In this document: positions 28,091-38,223 of the stretch, one piece after another
Layout: the number at the start of each line of letters is the position of its first letter
Numbering within the stretch: the stretch's first letter is position 1
Origin: an uncultured virus (IMG/VR IMGVR_UViG_3300010334_000053)
Lineage: Duplodnaviria > Heunggongvirae > Uroviricota > Caudoviricetes
Virus record (IMG/VR): IMGVR_UViG_3300010334_000053
Reading direction: 5' to 3' (one strand)
Length of the DNA stretch: 64,000 bases
The notes under the pieces: generated by a model
Databases searched by the model: none
Seen by the model: only the letters and a program-made list of their open reading frames with translations
Told to the model about the DNA's origin: nothing
Program-made: the position numbers and the translations under genes

Positions 28091-29011
28091 TTATTGAAGT
28101 CTGGCTAGTTTTACTAAAGTTGCTGCTAGATTCAATTCTGGATCGGCAATAATTGTATGATCTACTAGTCCCTGTTTAATAATTAACAGAGCCTGGTCTT
28201 TAGTTTCATCGTCTTTGCCAAAAAGATCAAGATTATCATACATCCATCTGTAGATTTCTCCCATCTCTTCTGGTCGTGCAGTTCCACAAAGCAATTTACG
28301 GGCCGCCTGTATTTTTCCAGCTTTGAATAATTCAACCATTTCAATTTTATAATCACTTACGCCACTGTCACTATTATTTGCAACAATCAACTTTTTATTG
28401 CGAGTGTTTTGTTGAACAAAATTTATACACTTGCGAAGATCGGGATATGTTGCTTTGACATATGTATCTAGGGAATCAATATCAAAATCTACCTCTTCGG
28501 TGATGAGAATAGTGGCAACCCTAGCAGTGAATTCCGTTTGATCAATGCTACTAAAATGCATTTGTTGACATCTGCTATGAATCGCAGGTATGATCATATG
28601 AGGAGAATTGCATGTTAAAATGAATCTACTTGTATCTGAAAATTCTTCCATAACTCCTCTCAGTGAGGCCTGTGCAGGAGGAGTGAGATAATCAGCCTCA
28701 TCTAGGAGCACGACTTTGAATTTGCCAAATGGAATTGTGCTAATAAAAGAACTTATACGATCTCTCACCTCGTCAATTCCGCGTTGACGACTAGCGTTTA
28801 TTTCCATGATGTCATAGGGCTCGACGCCTAATTCATTTAAGAGAAGTTTTGCGAGTGTAGTCTTACCAATGCCTGGACTGCCACTGAGAAGTAGATGCGG
28901 AATAGATCCTTCTTTGATCCATGCTAGAATCTGTTTCTTCTGATTTTCGTCTCGGAAAACATAACCATCTACTGTATTTGGTCTATATTTTTCTACCCAA
29001 AGTTGATTCAT
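28091..29011 (-). CDS. clamp loader subunit (RFC small subunit/gp44-like)
   Basis: LWVEKYRP, GSPGIGKT, LDEAD, SRC. Confidence 0.92.
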   Translation of the reverse strand: MNQLWVEKYRPNTVDGYVFRDENQKKQILAWIKEGSIPHLLLSGSPGIGKTTLAKLLLNELGVEPYDIMEINASRQRGIDEVRDRISSFISTIPFGKFKVVLLDEADYLTPPAQASLRGVMEEFSDTSRFILTCNSPHMIIPAIHSRCQQMHFSSIDQTEFTARVATILITEEVDFDIDSLDTYVKATYPDLRKCINFVQQNTRNKKLIVANNSDSGVSDYKIEMVELFKAGKIQAARKLLCGTARPEEMGEIYRWMYDNLDLFGKDDETKDQALLIIKQGLVDHTIIADPELNLAATLVKLARLQ

Positions 29012-29436
29012 GTGTAATCCTTCTTTAATGCTGCAAAAGTTTTAATTTTTTCAATAAGTTTATCATATTCATCGTAAGTTAGGGCAGACAATTCTGGAAA
29101 TTGCTTTTCTAAGTATGCATCCCTATGATCTAATTTATATCTAATTGCTTGTGATTCACATAAATGTGGATCGCCTTCAAAATCGGTATATGGAGTCCTT
29201 GTTGTTCTTTCATTTATACTAAAGCTTAAATATTCTTTTTGAATAACAATTCTTCCATCACCTTTACACTGATTACAAGTATGTCGTTGTGTATAGTATT
29301 CACGCTTATGATAATCACCAAGTTCTTCCGTAGTATATGTGCCAATGCCCTTGCATCGATCACATGTAGTGACTTCATTTTTGCAATTAAAATATCCTGA
29401 AATCGACGGTGGCAACTTGTCGATAGGCATTGACAT
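29008..29436 (-). CDS. protein with DnaJ-type CxxCxGxG zinc finger
   Basis: CDRCKGIG and CNQCKGDG. Confidence 0.65.
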   Translation of the reverse strand: MSMPIDKLPPSISGYFNCKNEVTTCDRCKGIGTYTTEELGDYHKREYYTQRHTCNQCKGDGRIVIQKEYLSFSINERTTRTPYTDFEGDPHLCESQAIRYKLDHRDAYLEKQFPELSALTYDEYDKLIEKIKTFAALKKDYT

Positions 29437-29726
29437 TAAAAAATCTCTACATGTGTTGAATGATCAGGTTTATTTCTACCTTCTCTGTACCTCTTAATAG
29501 TAGTGGTAATTTTAATGTTACCATTTTCAAGACGCTCATATGTCTTTGATTCTTCTTGTAGCAGTGTAGTAGGTTGACTATGCGCGCCATGTGTGGGCCT
29601 CGCGGTTATAATAAGAGGCGGTGCGTCCGAAATATTGTTAGATGAAATGTGGTAATTGAAATCGTCGTCTAGTGGTTTATTCATAAAAAACTCCTTGATT
29701 TTTTGCAATTGTACATTAGAATACAA
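29436..29726 (-). CDS. hypothetical protein
   Basis: ORF in operon; start uncertain. Confidence 0.5.
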   Translation of the reverse strand: MYSNVQLQKIKEFFMNKPLDDDFNYHISSNNISDAPPLIITARPTHGAHSQPTTLLQEESKTYERLENGNIKITTTIKRYREGRNKPDHSTHVEIF

Positions 29727-29744
29727 AAAAAATCAAGGAGTTTA

Positions 29745-29945
29745 TTAAGGGTTTAGTACAAAATTAAAAAATTTGGTGTTATTTAATATTTCACTTCGTT
29801 CTGATTCGGATACCAGAAACAAATGAGATTCTTCATGATATTCATTAAATGGACAAGTCCAAGTTCCTTGCCTTTGAGGATTTTCATTAGGAGTATACTT
29901 GTGAAGTATTTTGCATTTAGTGCAAAAACTTGGACCTAACCCCAT
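29745..29945 (-). CDS. small Cys/His protein
   Basis: CxxC...CP..H. Confidence 0.5.
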   Translation of the reverse strand: MGLGPSFCTKCKILHKYTPNENPQRQGTWTCPFNEYHEESHLFLVSESERSEILNNTKFFNFVLNP

Positions 29946-30796
29946 GATCGATCTCTTTTATTTGTTTTACAATTCTCTTCGTCTAATTTTTCACTGTAAG
30001 TTTTATATAACATCTCCATCCAGACCTGTAATTCTGAAACAGTTGAATTATTAAGCAATTCAATTAGTCTTTTTTTTCGCTTTTCTAATTGATCGAGTCG
30101 TTGATTTTCTGACAGAATGCGAACTTTTCTTTCATATTCTAGCTCTGTCTTAGGTAAAACTAATCCTGGATTCGGCATTAGTCCCGGTTTAGATAAAATA
30201 ATTTTTTTATATAGCTTGTTATCTTTTACTCTTAAAAGATCTGCAAAATTCTTTATGCCATTTTTTTCTAAGTCTATTTTATTAACTTGTATGATATTAT
30301 GGGTTTCTTGAAATTTATAAAGTTTTTCTCGTAACCTTAACGCATAGTCTTCAGTCATTTGCCGAGATGTTAAATCATACGCTAACTCAGTCATATCTAG
30401 TGGCATGTATCTTTCTATAATTTCACCTAGCGGTGATTTAATAGAGATTCTTGGAATAATCCATTTTTTAGTCTGCCCACCGACCCATTTTGCTCCTAAG
30501 TTTTTAACTTTTCTTATAGCTGCCTCATGTCCCCTCGGAATTGATATCGCAATATCATTTGATCCCAGCATATATTTTTTTATTGCTATATCTGGATGAT
30601 ATACACACTCTACAAAAATATCGTAATCGAGTAAGTAAAAATCACAACGATGGAGTGAATTTTCAGAATACCGTTTTTGCGGCTCGTATTTAATATTATT
30701 CGGCAATAATATTCTATTAACAAATTCGGCTTCAAATTTACTGTTGTATTCTACGCCGTCGTTTGCAATAGTTTTAACTCCGAAGGGATTGGGCAT
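29936..30796 (-). CDS. putative PD-(D/E)xK endonuclease
   Basis: YNSKFEAEF, KYEPQ, RCDFYL...FVEC. Confidence 0.55.
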   Translation of the reverse strand: MPNPFGVKTIANDGVEYNSKFEAEFVNRILLPNNIKYEPQKRYSENSLHRCDFYLLDYDIFVECVYHPDIAIKKYMLGSNDIAISIPRGHEAAIRKVKNLGAKWVGGQTKKWIIPRISIKSPLGEIIERYMPLDMTELAYDLTSRQMTEDYALRLREKLYKFQETHNIIQVNKIDLEKNGIKNFADLLRVKDNKLYKKIILSKPGLMPNPGLVLPKTELEYERKVRILSENQRLDQLEKRKKRLIELLNNSTVSELQVWMEMLYKTYSEKLDEENCKTNKRDRSWG

Positions 30797-30819
30797 TATA
30801 GTAAACCTTTATTTTTAAC

Positions 30820-31257
30820 TTATAAATCGCCGTCTTTTCGATTCTCACTATAATGTGCATCAAATTTGCCGCCAGGATAACGAGCTTCTAGTTTACGAAC
30901 ATTTTCGGCAATAACATCATTAGGATCTAATCCTAATGCATTACAAGCATTTGTCCAATACCAGATTACATCGCCTAATTCACGCTTCATATGAAACAAT
31001 GCGTCTTCGTCCAATTGCTTGCCTTGAAAGAAAATTTTCTTTGGAATTTCACAGAATTCTCCTGTTTCAGCAGCCATTCCAATTGCAGAAGTTAGTAGCA
31101 ATGGCACATTAACGTCTGGACCATAACTCTGCGTCTTTGGATCAAATCCACTGTCTACTAGATCAAGTCTATCCATAAATGTGGTCAAATCTTTGCTAGG
31201 ATCGCTGCAAACTGCTAAAACGAATTCTTTATACTTGTTTAAATCAATTTTACTCAA
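30820..31257 (-). CDS. MazG-like nucleotide pyrophosphohydrolase
   Basis: AETGEFCEIPKK, RELGDVIWY, NVRKLEARYP. Confidence 0.85.
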   Translation of the reverse strand: MSKIDLNKYKEFVLAVCSDPSKDLTTFMDRLDLVDSGFDPKTQSYGPDVNVPLLLTSAIGMAAETGEFCEIPKKIFFQGKQLDEDALFHMKRELGDVIWYWTNACNALGLDPNDVIAENVRKLEARYPGGKFDAHYSENRKDGDL

Positions 31258-31266
31258 TGTTGCCTC

Positions 31267-31653
31267 TTATATAAAATCTTCTGGGCGATGTTGTACGCCA
31301 GGTGATGTGTCAATTTCGTCGCCAAATATAACATCAGAGTTTGGTTTCTCAGATTGCCATCCTAAAATACTTTCTGCTTCTACCATTCGAATCTCAGTAA
31401 CTCCGTTGCCTTCGTTTAGTTTAAATCCTCGTGTCCAGCGACCATGTTCTACTAGAATCCAGTCGCCGATTTTATATTCATCTTCATTCATGCGTCCTTT
31501 TGCGTGAACTTTTGCCCAACGGGGATAAATTCCTCGAGTTGATCCATCATCATCTTTAATGATAATACCACCTTTGGATTTCTGTTCACCAAAATACATG
31601 TCTGTGACAATTACACGATCAAGAACGGGAGTGAGTTTTCCATTAACTATCAT
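31267..31653 (-). CDS. GroES-like co-chaperonin
   Basis: LTPVLDRVIV, KSKGGIII, KIGDWILV. Confidence 0.75.
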   Translation of the reverse strand: MIVNGKLTPVLDRVIVTDMYFGEQKSKGGIIIKDDDGSTRGIYPRWAKVHAKGRMNEDEYKIGDWILVEHGRWTRGFKLNEGNGVTEIRMVEAESILGWQSEKPNSDVIFGDEIDTSPGVQHRPEDFI

Positions 31654-31661
31654 TGGTAACC

Positions 31662-31865
31662 TTACTGTTTTGGAGTTTGTTGATTGTAGTGATCGTTGAC
31701 AATATCTTCACGTTTGCGAATGATAGTACCGCCTGGTCCCAATTCATCTCCACGAGCGTTCATTCTGACATTTCCAACTGCTGGCATAGTTTCATTTCTT
31801 GCAGCCAATGATTCCATGTCAACTGTTTTACCTTGCATTGTTTTATAAATTTTGCGTTCGGCCAT
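31662..31865 (-). CDS. hypothetical phage protein
   Basis: AVGNVRMNARGD ORF. Confidence 0.7.
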   Translation of the reverse strand: MAERKIYKTMQGKTVDMESLAARNETMPAVGNVRMNARGDELGPGGTIIRKREDIVNDHYNQQTPKQ

Positions 31866-31877
31866 TTCATCTTTTCC

Positions 31878-32399
31878 TTATTTTAAAAATTCTTTGATGT
31901 CTAAATCATATTTTAAACTATCAATTTTGTGTACGTCTAAAAGATATAGACAGTAGCTTGCAACACTACTTCCTCTTCCTACGCCCCATACCACATTGTT
32001 GGAGCGCATTGTGTCTACTAAGTATTTAAGATATTTCAAAACATCAATGAGATTATGATGAATGAACATGGATAGTTCCATCTCAACACGGTCAATTTCT
32101 GTTCTAGTTTTGCATTTTGATATTAGAAAATTTTGAATATCAAATGACTTGTATTTCTCTGGCATGAACCAATTTTGCTGTTTACTGGCGTCAAACTCTG
32201 TTATGTCAACATCGGATGTTGTGAATACCTTTAAATGGGAAAATCTATCAGCATTGCTTTTACATGCTGAATTGAATTGATTTACTAGGCAGGGATCCTC
32301 AATATTTAATTGTGACAAATCATTGATAGTATCGGTATAAAGTCCTTTTAGGATGTCAGTATCGTCAACAATAATTTCGCCAAATTTATTTGATTTCAT
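31878..32399 (-). CDS. stand-alone DnaE (Pol III alpha)-like fragment
   Basis: RVEMEL..., VWGVGRGSSVASYCLYLL..HKIDSLKYDL; ends before catalytic DxD. Confidence 0.75.
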   Translation of the reverse strand: MKSNKFGEIIVDDTDILKGLYTDTINDLSQLNIEDPCLVNQFNSACKSNADRFSHLKVFTTSDVDITEFDASKQQNWFMPEKYKSFDIQNFLISKCKTRTEIDRVEMELSMFIHHNLIDVLKYLKYLVDTMRSNNVVWGVGRGSSVASYCLYLLDVHKIDSLKYDLDIKEFLK

Positions 32400-32405
32400 T
32401 AGTTA

Positions 32406-32434
32406 ATCATAGCAGAAAACACTACTCATGTCAA
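32406..32434 (-). promoter_or_regulatory. sigma70-like promoter
   Basis: TTGACA-17-TATGAT. Confidence 0.6.
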
Positions 32435-32673
32435 CCAACATTGATTAATCCGTCTAAGTCTTTATTTTGCTTTTCAAATAATCGCTTATTTGCATCAGCT
32501 TGTCTTTTTGTGATTTCTGCTCTAATTGCCTCGATAATGACAACTATTTGATGAGCAGCTCCGCTATTGCCCATTCTCATTGCAATGGTATATTTTTTGT
32601 TAAGATCGGTGAGCTTGTTATCTAGCTCCGTGTCTTTCAATGGTGAAAGGTCTTCTAATAAAGGATTAAACAT
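32431..32673 (-). CDS. hypothetical protein
   Basis: ORF in operon. Confidence 0.65.
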   Translation of the reverse strand: MFNPLLEDLSPLKDTELDNKLTDLNKKYTIAMRMGNSGAAHQIVVIIEAIRAEITKRQADANKRLFEKQNKDLDGLINVG

Positions 32674-33165
32674 TTAGATATTTCCAACAAAATACCACTT
32701 AGAGGTATCGTATATAAGGGGAGAATACCTAGATGATATTATCGTGCCTGTACTTGAAATATTTCCACTTGTAGTTATTGAAAACACTTGATTTGCACTT
32801 AGTGCCCTGATATATATTAGTTGGCCATTGGTTCCGTTTGTAATAGTTGATATTGAATCGGTGGGATTTAGAGAATAAACAGCGTATAGTGAGCTAGTAT
32901 TATTTACAGCTATGGTATTATTTGTGATTGGTATTGAGGTTGAACTACTTTGTATGTTTCCTAATACTAAATTAGTTAATGTTGATAGTGTGATTTGATT
33001 ATTAGATTGTATACTTTGAATATCTGTGATTTCAGTTGCTGCTACATTAAGTGCTGATCGTATTAGACTATAATTATCACGAAATCCCTGTGTGTCATTA
33101 TCTTGACCCTGAATAGGAAAGACAATGTTTATACTTGTGCTATAAGTTGTGATTGTTGAAGACAT
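32674..33165 (-). CDS. putative tail/baseplate structural protein
   Basis: N-term FP.QGQDN.TQGFRDN shared with 34855-35802; S/T/I/N-rich. Confidence 0.6.
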   Translation of the reverse strand: MSSTITTYSTSINIVFPIQGQDNDTQGFRDNYSLIRSALNVAATEITDIQSIQSNNQITLSTLTNLVLGNIQSSSTSIPITNNTIAVNNTSSLYAVYSLNPTDSISTITNGTNGQLIYIRALSANQVFSITTSGNISSTGTIISSRYSPLIYDTSKWYFVGNI

Positions 33166-33192
33166 GATGTTATTTATCTCAATTTTTAACAG

Positions 33193-34851
33193 TTATCGTT
33201 TTATTTTGGAACGAGGATACATTACACCTGTGCTAGGTCTAGTTTTTCTATTTGTTGAAGGATAAACATTTCCTGAACTGGGCCTTTCAATGTAGTAATA
33301 GAGATATCGATTATTTGATGCATCTCCTAGACTAAAATATGGCGAAGTATTAATTGTACCCGTTGAATCTATTTGTGATTTTTTAGAATATTGAACAACA
33401 TAGTCAAGTGCTTCGGACTGAGTTATTCGTGGATAAATTTCAGCTAAACACGCAATATATCCAGATACTTGCGGCGCAGACATACTAGTTCCACTGACAG
33501 CTCCTAAACTATAACTTGAATTTCTAGGATCGTTAGCCAATGTTATACCAAATTCAGTTGCTGCGGCAGAATTGTAAACTGAGCTGATGATGTTGACTCC
33601 TGGTGCCCAAATATCAACACGGCTTCCGTAATTACTAAAATTACCTTTAAATTCTTGTTTTTCTACTCCAATTGCACCTACGCAGATTACTCCTTCGGAG
33701 GATCCAGGGCTGGATCCTCTAGAATGATAAATTGTTGTTGTTCCGCTTGGAAATATTGCGACTATATTATTATTGTAGTTTGAATCAGATGGTGTTACTA
33801 TATTCCAATAACTATTCCCGGCAGACGCAACAACAATTACACCATCATTAATTGCGTCGATTACGTCAGCATTTAGCGCAGGATAGTAAGATGGAGTTCT
33901 AAGCAAAGATGTTCCCAGTGGAACTGGAACGCCATTTGCTTCTAAAATTGATTTTCTATTAAAGTCAATTCCGGTAACTGATGTGGTTGTTCCAAGATAA
34001 GTGACTGAGGTCACACTAGTAAGTGGTATACTATTAAACGAATATCCCCAGCTATGATTGGTCACGGTTGGATTACGAAGGCCGGTAACAGGATTAATTG
34101 GTTTATTTTTATGAAATGCTCTTAAATAATCAAAAATATACAGTTGCCAATTTGTTGGACTATTGGCTGCGGTATAATTAAATTCCATGTTAAAAATATT
34201 TGCATCTCTGGCCCATCCTTGAGTATTACCGGCAACTGTTCCAGCAACATGTGTTCCATGATTATTTAAAATAATGCTATAGCTGTAGCTGCCAGTTGTA
34301 ACGATGCCTACAATGTTACTAAGAGAAAACCAATTATATTGAATTACCCTAGATCCTCCAGTGCCGTTAATATTAACTGCAAATTCCGGATGATTTACAT
34401 TAATGTGTGCATCTACAATAACAACATCAACATTTTTTCCACTGTACGGAACAGATATAGTTGCAGTGGTCTGTGTAAAAGTGCCATTAGTGCCCCAGTC
34501 TGAAATTGAATTACCAGATGCCACCCTGAGTAATCCCCAGTTTTTGTCATTAGAGTCAATAACAGCTGATTTTTCAAAATTTCCAGTTTGAGTCCAATGT
34601 GGAACAACTTCTATGCCTAGTTCGGACGGCAATAGCTCTACTGCAAGTACTCTAGGATCTTGTCGTATAGATTCAGCTTCCTCACCGGTTAATAAGTAGT
34701 GTGTATTTCTACTCAATGGCCTGCGTTGAACCAAATCCACTTCTCTATCTGGTATAAACTCAGGTCCGCCAATAGTTTCCATGTCATTGTAAAATTCTTC
34801 AGAATCTGAAAAATTCTTTAATGTTACAATGTATTCTTTTAATTCTGACAT
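33193..34851 (-). CDS. subtilisin-like S8 serine protease
   Basis: VVIVD, HGTHVAGT, SAGN, GTSMSAPQV. Confidence 0.9.
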   Translation of the reverse strand: MSELKEYIVTLKNFSDSEEFYNDMETIGGPEFIPDREVDLVQRRPLSRNTHYLLTGEEAESIRQDPRVLAVELLPSELGIEVVPHWTQTGNFEKSAVIDSNDKNWGLLRVASGNSISDWGTNGTFTQTTATISVPYSGKNVDVVIVDAHINVNHPEFAVNINGTGGSRVIQYNWFSLSNIVGIVTTGSYSYSIILNNHGTHVAGTVAGNTQGWARDANIFNMEFNYTAANSPTNWQLYIFDYLRAFHKNKPINPVTGLRNPTVTNHSWGYSFNSIPLTSVTSVTYLGTTTSVTGIDFNRKSILEANGVPVPLGTSLLRTPSYYPALNADVIDAINDGVIVVASAGNSYWNIVTPSDSNYNNNIVAIFPSGTTTIYHSRGSSPGSSEGVICVGAIGVEKQEFKGNFSNYGSRVDIWAPGVNIISSVYNSAAATEFGITLANDPRNSSYSLGAVSGTSMSAPQVSGYIACLAEIYPRITQSEALDYVVQYSKKSQIDSTGTINTSPYFSLGDASNNRYLYYYIERPSSGNVYPSTNRKTRPSTGVMYPRSKIKR

Positions 34852-34854
34852 AAA

Positions 34855-35802
34855 TTATGCTTCTAGTTGCACGATGACTAACGACACTGTAACAGCAACG
34901 GTGGAATTACTTTGGTTAGTTACTGAAATTGGTATGGACGTAGTTGGCGATGTCTCATCATTAAATCCAAATACTCCTGGAGATACGAGTATTGGAGCAG
35001 TTGATGTTGTTATAAATTCTGCAATAACTCCGCTACTCGGCAATGGGTCGGTATTTATTGATCTTGTGGAGTCTGATGATCTTGCAGCATCACTGGAATA
35101 TAATCTAATCCAACTTGAAGTAGACGCAGTTATTTTATAAAGTATGTATCCTTTTTCACCTGCTATAAAGGTGGTTGCAGTAGAACCCGGTGATAACACT
35201 GAAGTAGCGGTTGATACTGTCTTTCTACTAGTTAATCCTAATCCTCCGCCGCCAGCCGCACTGATGGTTCCGTCTGCTGTTATAGAGATGCCTGTCCCTA
35301 TTTTTACTCCGCCTAGGGAGTTTGATGTTGCAGTAGTAAGTATATAATTTCCAGGAGGAACACTGATCATTCCTTCTGCATCTACTGATATTCCTGATCC
35401 TATTTTGACACCTCCTAGAACACTAGCAGTTGCACGAGGCAGATTGTAGACATATGTTGCACTTAGAGTTCCGTTTCCGGTAATTGATAATCCCGAACCG
35501 ACTCTAACTCCACCTAGAGAGTTTGATGTTGCAGTAGTAAGTGTGTAATTTCCAGCAGAAACACTAATTACGCCGTTATTGTTTACATTGATTCCTGAGC
35601 CAATTTTTACAATACCAGCTGTTATTGTAGAGGCAATTGATATTCCAGCCGGAAAACTTTGTAAATTTGTTATCTCATTGGCGGCAATGTTTAGTGCCTG
35701 TGTTATGTATCCAAAATTATCCCTAAATCCTTGGCTAGGATTGTCTTTTCCCTGAGCAGGAAAATTGGTATTAATATTCACAGTGCTTATATTGCTGGCC
35801 AT
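34855..35802 (-). CDS. putative tail fibre protein with repeats
   Basis: Four AT/AS..(L)GGVKIGSGISV/I repeats; shared N-term domain. Confidence 0.65.
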   Translation of the reverse strand: MASNISTVNINTNFPAQGKDNPSQGFRDNFGYITQALNIAANEITNLQSFPAGISIASTITAGIVKIGSGINVNNNGVISVSAGNYTLTTATSNSLGGVRVGSGLSITGNGTLSATYVYNLPRATASVLGGVKIGSGISVDAEGMISVPPGNYILTTATSNSLGGVKIGTGISITADGTISAAGGGGLGLTSRKTVSTATSVLSPGSTATTFIAGEKGYILYKITASTSSWIRLYSSDAARSSDSTRSINTDPLPSSGVIAEFITTSTAPILVSPGVFGFNDETSPTTSIPISVTNQSNSTVAVTVSLVIVQLEA

Positions 35803-35831
35803 AGTTTAAACCCTTGTTTATATAATATTTA

Positions 35832-38186
35832 TTATCTTTCAGTTGGATAAAATAGCCAACCACTTTGATCGGAATCCAACGGAGTCTCTACAATTATTCT
35901 GTCTGTGTCAAAATTGAATTGTAGAAAGTCAAATTTACTACTTTTTATTCTGGAAATTATTTTTGCCGAATTTCCTGGTAACGCATAGCATAACACCACT
36001 GCCTTGATAAACCCTAGAGGCACACCGTTAGATTTAAGGGTATTCATATACCTGGGTCTAAGGGCCTCGTCGGTCGATATATTTTCGTCAGAAATCATAA
36101 TTGATTCTAATTGAAATTGTATGTTTCCAAGAGAATTCACGGTCGATGGGCTGTATGTTCCTATCATTTGGTCATCAATTATGTCAATATATACTAGTTC
36201 ATAAATGATATTGCCTAGGTCATCGGTTGCATTAACACTTTTAACCTCTCCAAAGTAAAACTTTTTTCTATAGAAATAAGAATTTAAGGCAGGAGAATAA
36301 TCATCCAGACTAAGTTTCTGTATGCCAGTTTCAAGTAACATTTTTATTTCTTTTTGTGATCCAAATTCTAAATCGTTTGGTCTATAAAGAAGAGACGGAT
36401 CAAATATAGTAGAATCATTTATAAATTCTTCATAAATTGCTCTTTTATTAACTGGCATAAATGGTTTTACAAACATTCTAGTGTATTCAGTTCTTGAATT
36501 TTCTAAAATAGTTATACTAAACTCTTGATCAATTAGATTAGATCGGTAAACATCAGATGCTCGGACAGTAAACTTCCAATTTTTATCAACAGTAGTAGTG
36601 CCTCCATCCATCATGAGTGATGATAGTGAATTAGTAGAACTGAAGTCAAATATAGTTTGAGAATTGTAATTAATTTTGCCTTGAATATTACCATCTGGCA
36701 ACAGTGTTAGACCAGAAGGCAAATTACCTCCAATTAATGAATATTGAATGGAATACTCTGAATTGACATTTTTGGCAATAACCGATAACTCGCTTATCTG
36801 GCCAGGCATTAAAGTGCCTAGTGATCCAGTACTAACAAATTGAATATAACTATCAATGTCTCCTTTTATTCTTAGTAAAAATATCTGAGGAGTGACACTA
36901 GATGACGACGATGCGGTATCAGTTTTATTGAGGTCTACCGTAAACTTATAATCTATACTGTATGATGGCTGATATGGTATTTGTCCATATAGAACGCCAC
37001 TGCTAGTGTCAAGTGATATGCCTGGAGGATGAACGCTCAGTGAACCTACAAAAATCATTAGATTATTGGGAATAGTTCCAAAAAGAGGTTTATCAATATT
37101 GATAAATCCTTCTGTGTCTCCTGTTTTAACAACTCCAGTTATTTGATAAGTTGTTGAATTAAATCCATCAACATACAAATTTAGTTGAACGGCCATTCCC
37201 ACAATGGGAAAGATTACAGTGTTATTAAAATATATAGAAGTTGATCCCTGGAGATTTTTAGTAGAATTTTTACTATCTGTAATCAACCTGATTTCTGGAT
37301 TGACTGTTCTTTCCCAATTCCAGACAAGTGGACCAGAATATGGATAGGGATCATACTCGTTCAATTCTATCACAAGTGGTTTATTTGCTCGGACAGTTCC
37401 TAAATTTGCAGTTTTTGACAATCTTCCGCCATATGGATCAAGCCATATTGGCTGAGGAATCAGTCCTTCGCCTAGATTAGCAGGATCTACTACTTCAATA
37501 CCGAATAGTCTATCTATTCCTTGAACTCCGTCGGTCACCGTTACTTGAAATTGATACAGTCTATTGACAGCTTTTGGAATAAATGCAGTAGTAACATTGC
37601 TTACCATTGCATGATCATAGGGATATTGATCGTATCGCTCATCATCGTACCCACCGGATTCACTTACTTCCCAGTCTAATTGAAGTTGATCTGCAACAAT
37701 TCCGTATATTCTTCCTGATGATGTCAATGTCAGGCCAGGAGGTAATGTTCCTTTGCCATCTGCTATATAATATTTTAAAGAATTTCCGCCAGTGAGTAAT
37801 ATATTTTCTGCACGAAGTTGAAAATCCACATATTCTAAGTTTATCGTGTAATATTCGCCGTTAAGGCCTACTGGCAATAGTCCATTAGTTGTTATCCAAT
37901 TTGGTAAATTTGATCCAGTAACTAATAAGGAGAACGATCGGTCTTTTATTCCATGTGTATTTGAGGCGCGGGTCACAAATGTTGATAATGTTTCAACAGA
38001 AACAGAAACGGGTGTACCTGATATGATTCCAGTGGATGAATTTAGATATATACCCTGTGGGACTTCTCCAGAAATTATTGAATATGAAATACCCGTCCCA
38101 GTTGCAAAGACAGCAGTAGACGTACTCCTTAGTTGAGTAAGTGTGCCTAAAAACCCTGACGGGGTGATCCATACTGGAGAGGTCAT
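35832..38186 (-). CDS. large Ig-like-repeat structural protein
   Basis: Repeated G.LPPGL.L..SG.I.G and F.V.A motifs. Confidence 0.7.
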   Translation of the reverse strand: MTSPVWITPSGFLGTLTQLRSTSTAVFATGTGISYSIISGEVPQGIYLNSSTGIISGTPVSVSVETLSTFVTRASNTHGIKDRSFSLLVTGSNLPNWITTNGLLPVGLNGEYYTINLEYVDFQLRAENILLTGGNSLKYYIADGKGTLPPGLTLTSSGRIYGIVADQLQLDWEVSESGGYDDERYDQYPYDHAMVSNVTTAFIPKAVNRLYQFQVTVTDGVQGIDRLFGIEVVDPANLGEGLIPQPIWLDPYGGRLSKTANLGTVRANKPLVIELNEYDPYPYSGPLVWNWERTVNPEIRLITDSKNSTKNLQGSTSIYFNNTVIFPIVGMAVQLNLYVDGFNSTTYQITGVVKTGDTEGFINIDKPLFGTIPNNLMIFVGSLSVHPPGISLDTSSGVLYGQIPYQPSYSIDYKFTVDLNKTDTASSSSSVTPQIFLLRIKGDIDSYIQFVSTGSLGTLMPGQISELSVIAKNVNSEYSIQYSLIGGNLPSGLTLLPDGNIQGKINYNSQTIFDFSSTNSLSSLMMDGGTTTVDKNWKFTVRASDVYRSNLIDQEFSITILENSRTEYTRMFVKPFMPVNKRAIYEEFINDSTIFDPSLLYRPNDLEFGSQKEIKMLLETGIQKLSLDDYSPALNSYFYRKKFYFGEVKSVNATDDLGNIIYELVYIDIIDDQMIGTYSPSTVNSLGNIQFQLESIMISDENISTDEALRPRYMNTLKSNGVPLGFIKAVVLCYALPGNSAKIISRIKSSKFDFLQFNFDTDRIIVETPLDSDQSGWLFYPTER

Positions 38187-38223
38187 TCATGTTTCCTATA
38201 GCTGTGTGCTATTTATTCAAATT

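Noticed and set aside
35319..35556. DNA repeat in fibre gene as a DGR template/variable repeat
   Set aside because: Explained by in-frame protein repeats, and no reverse transcriptase is in the window.
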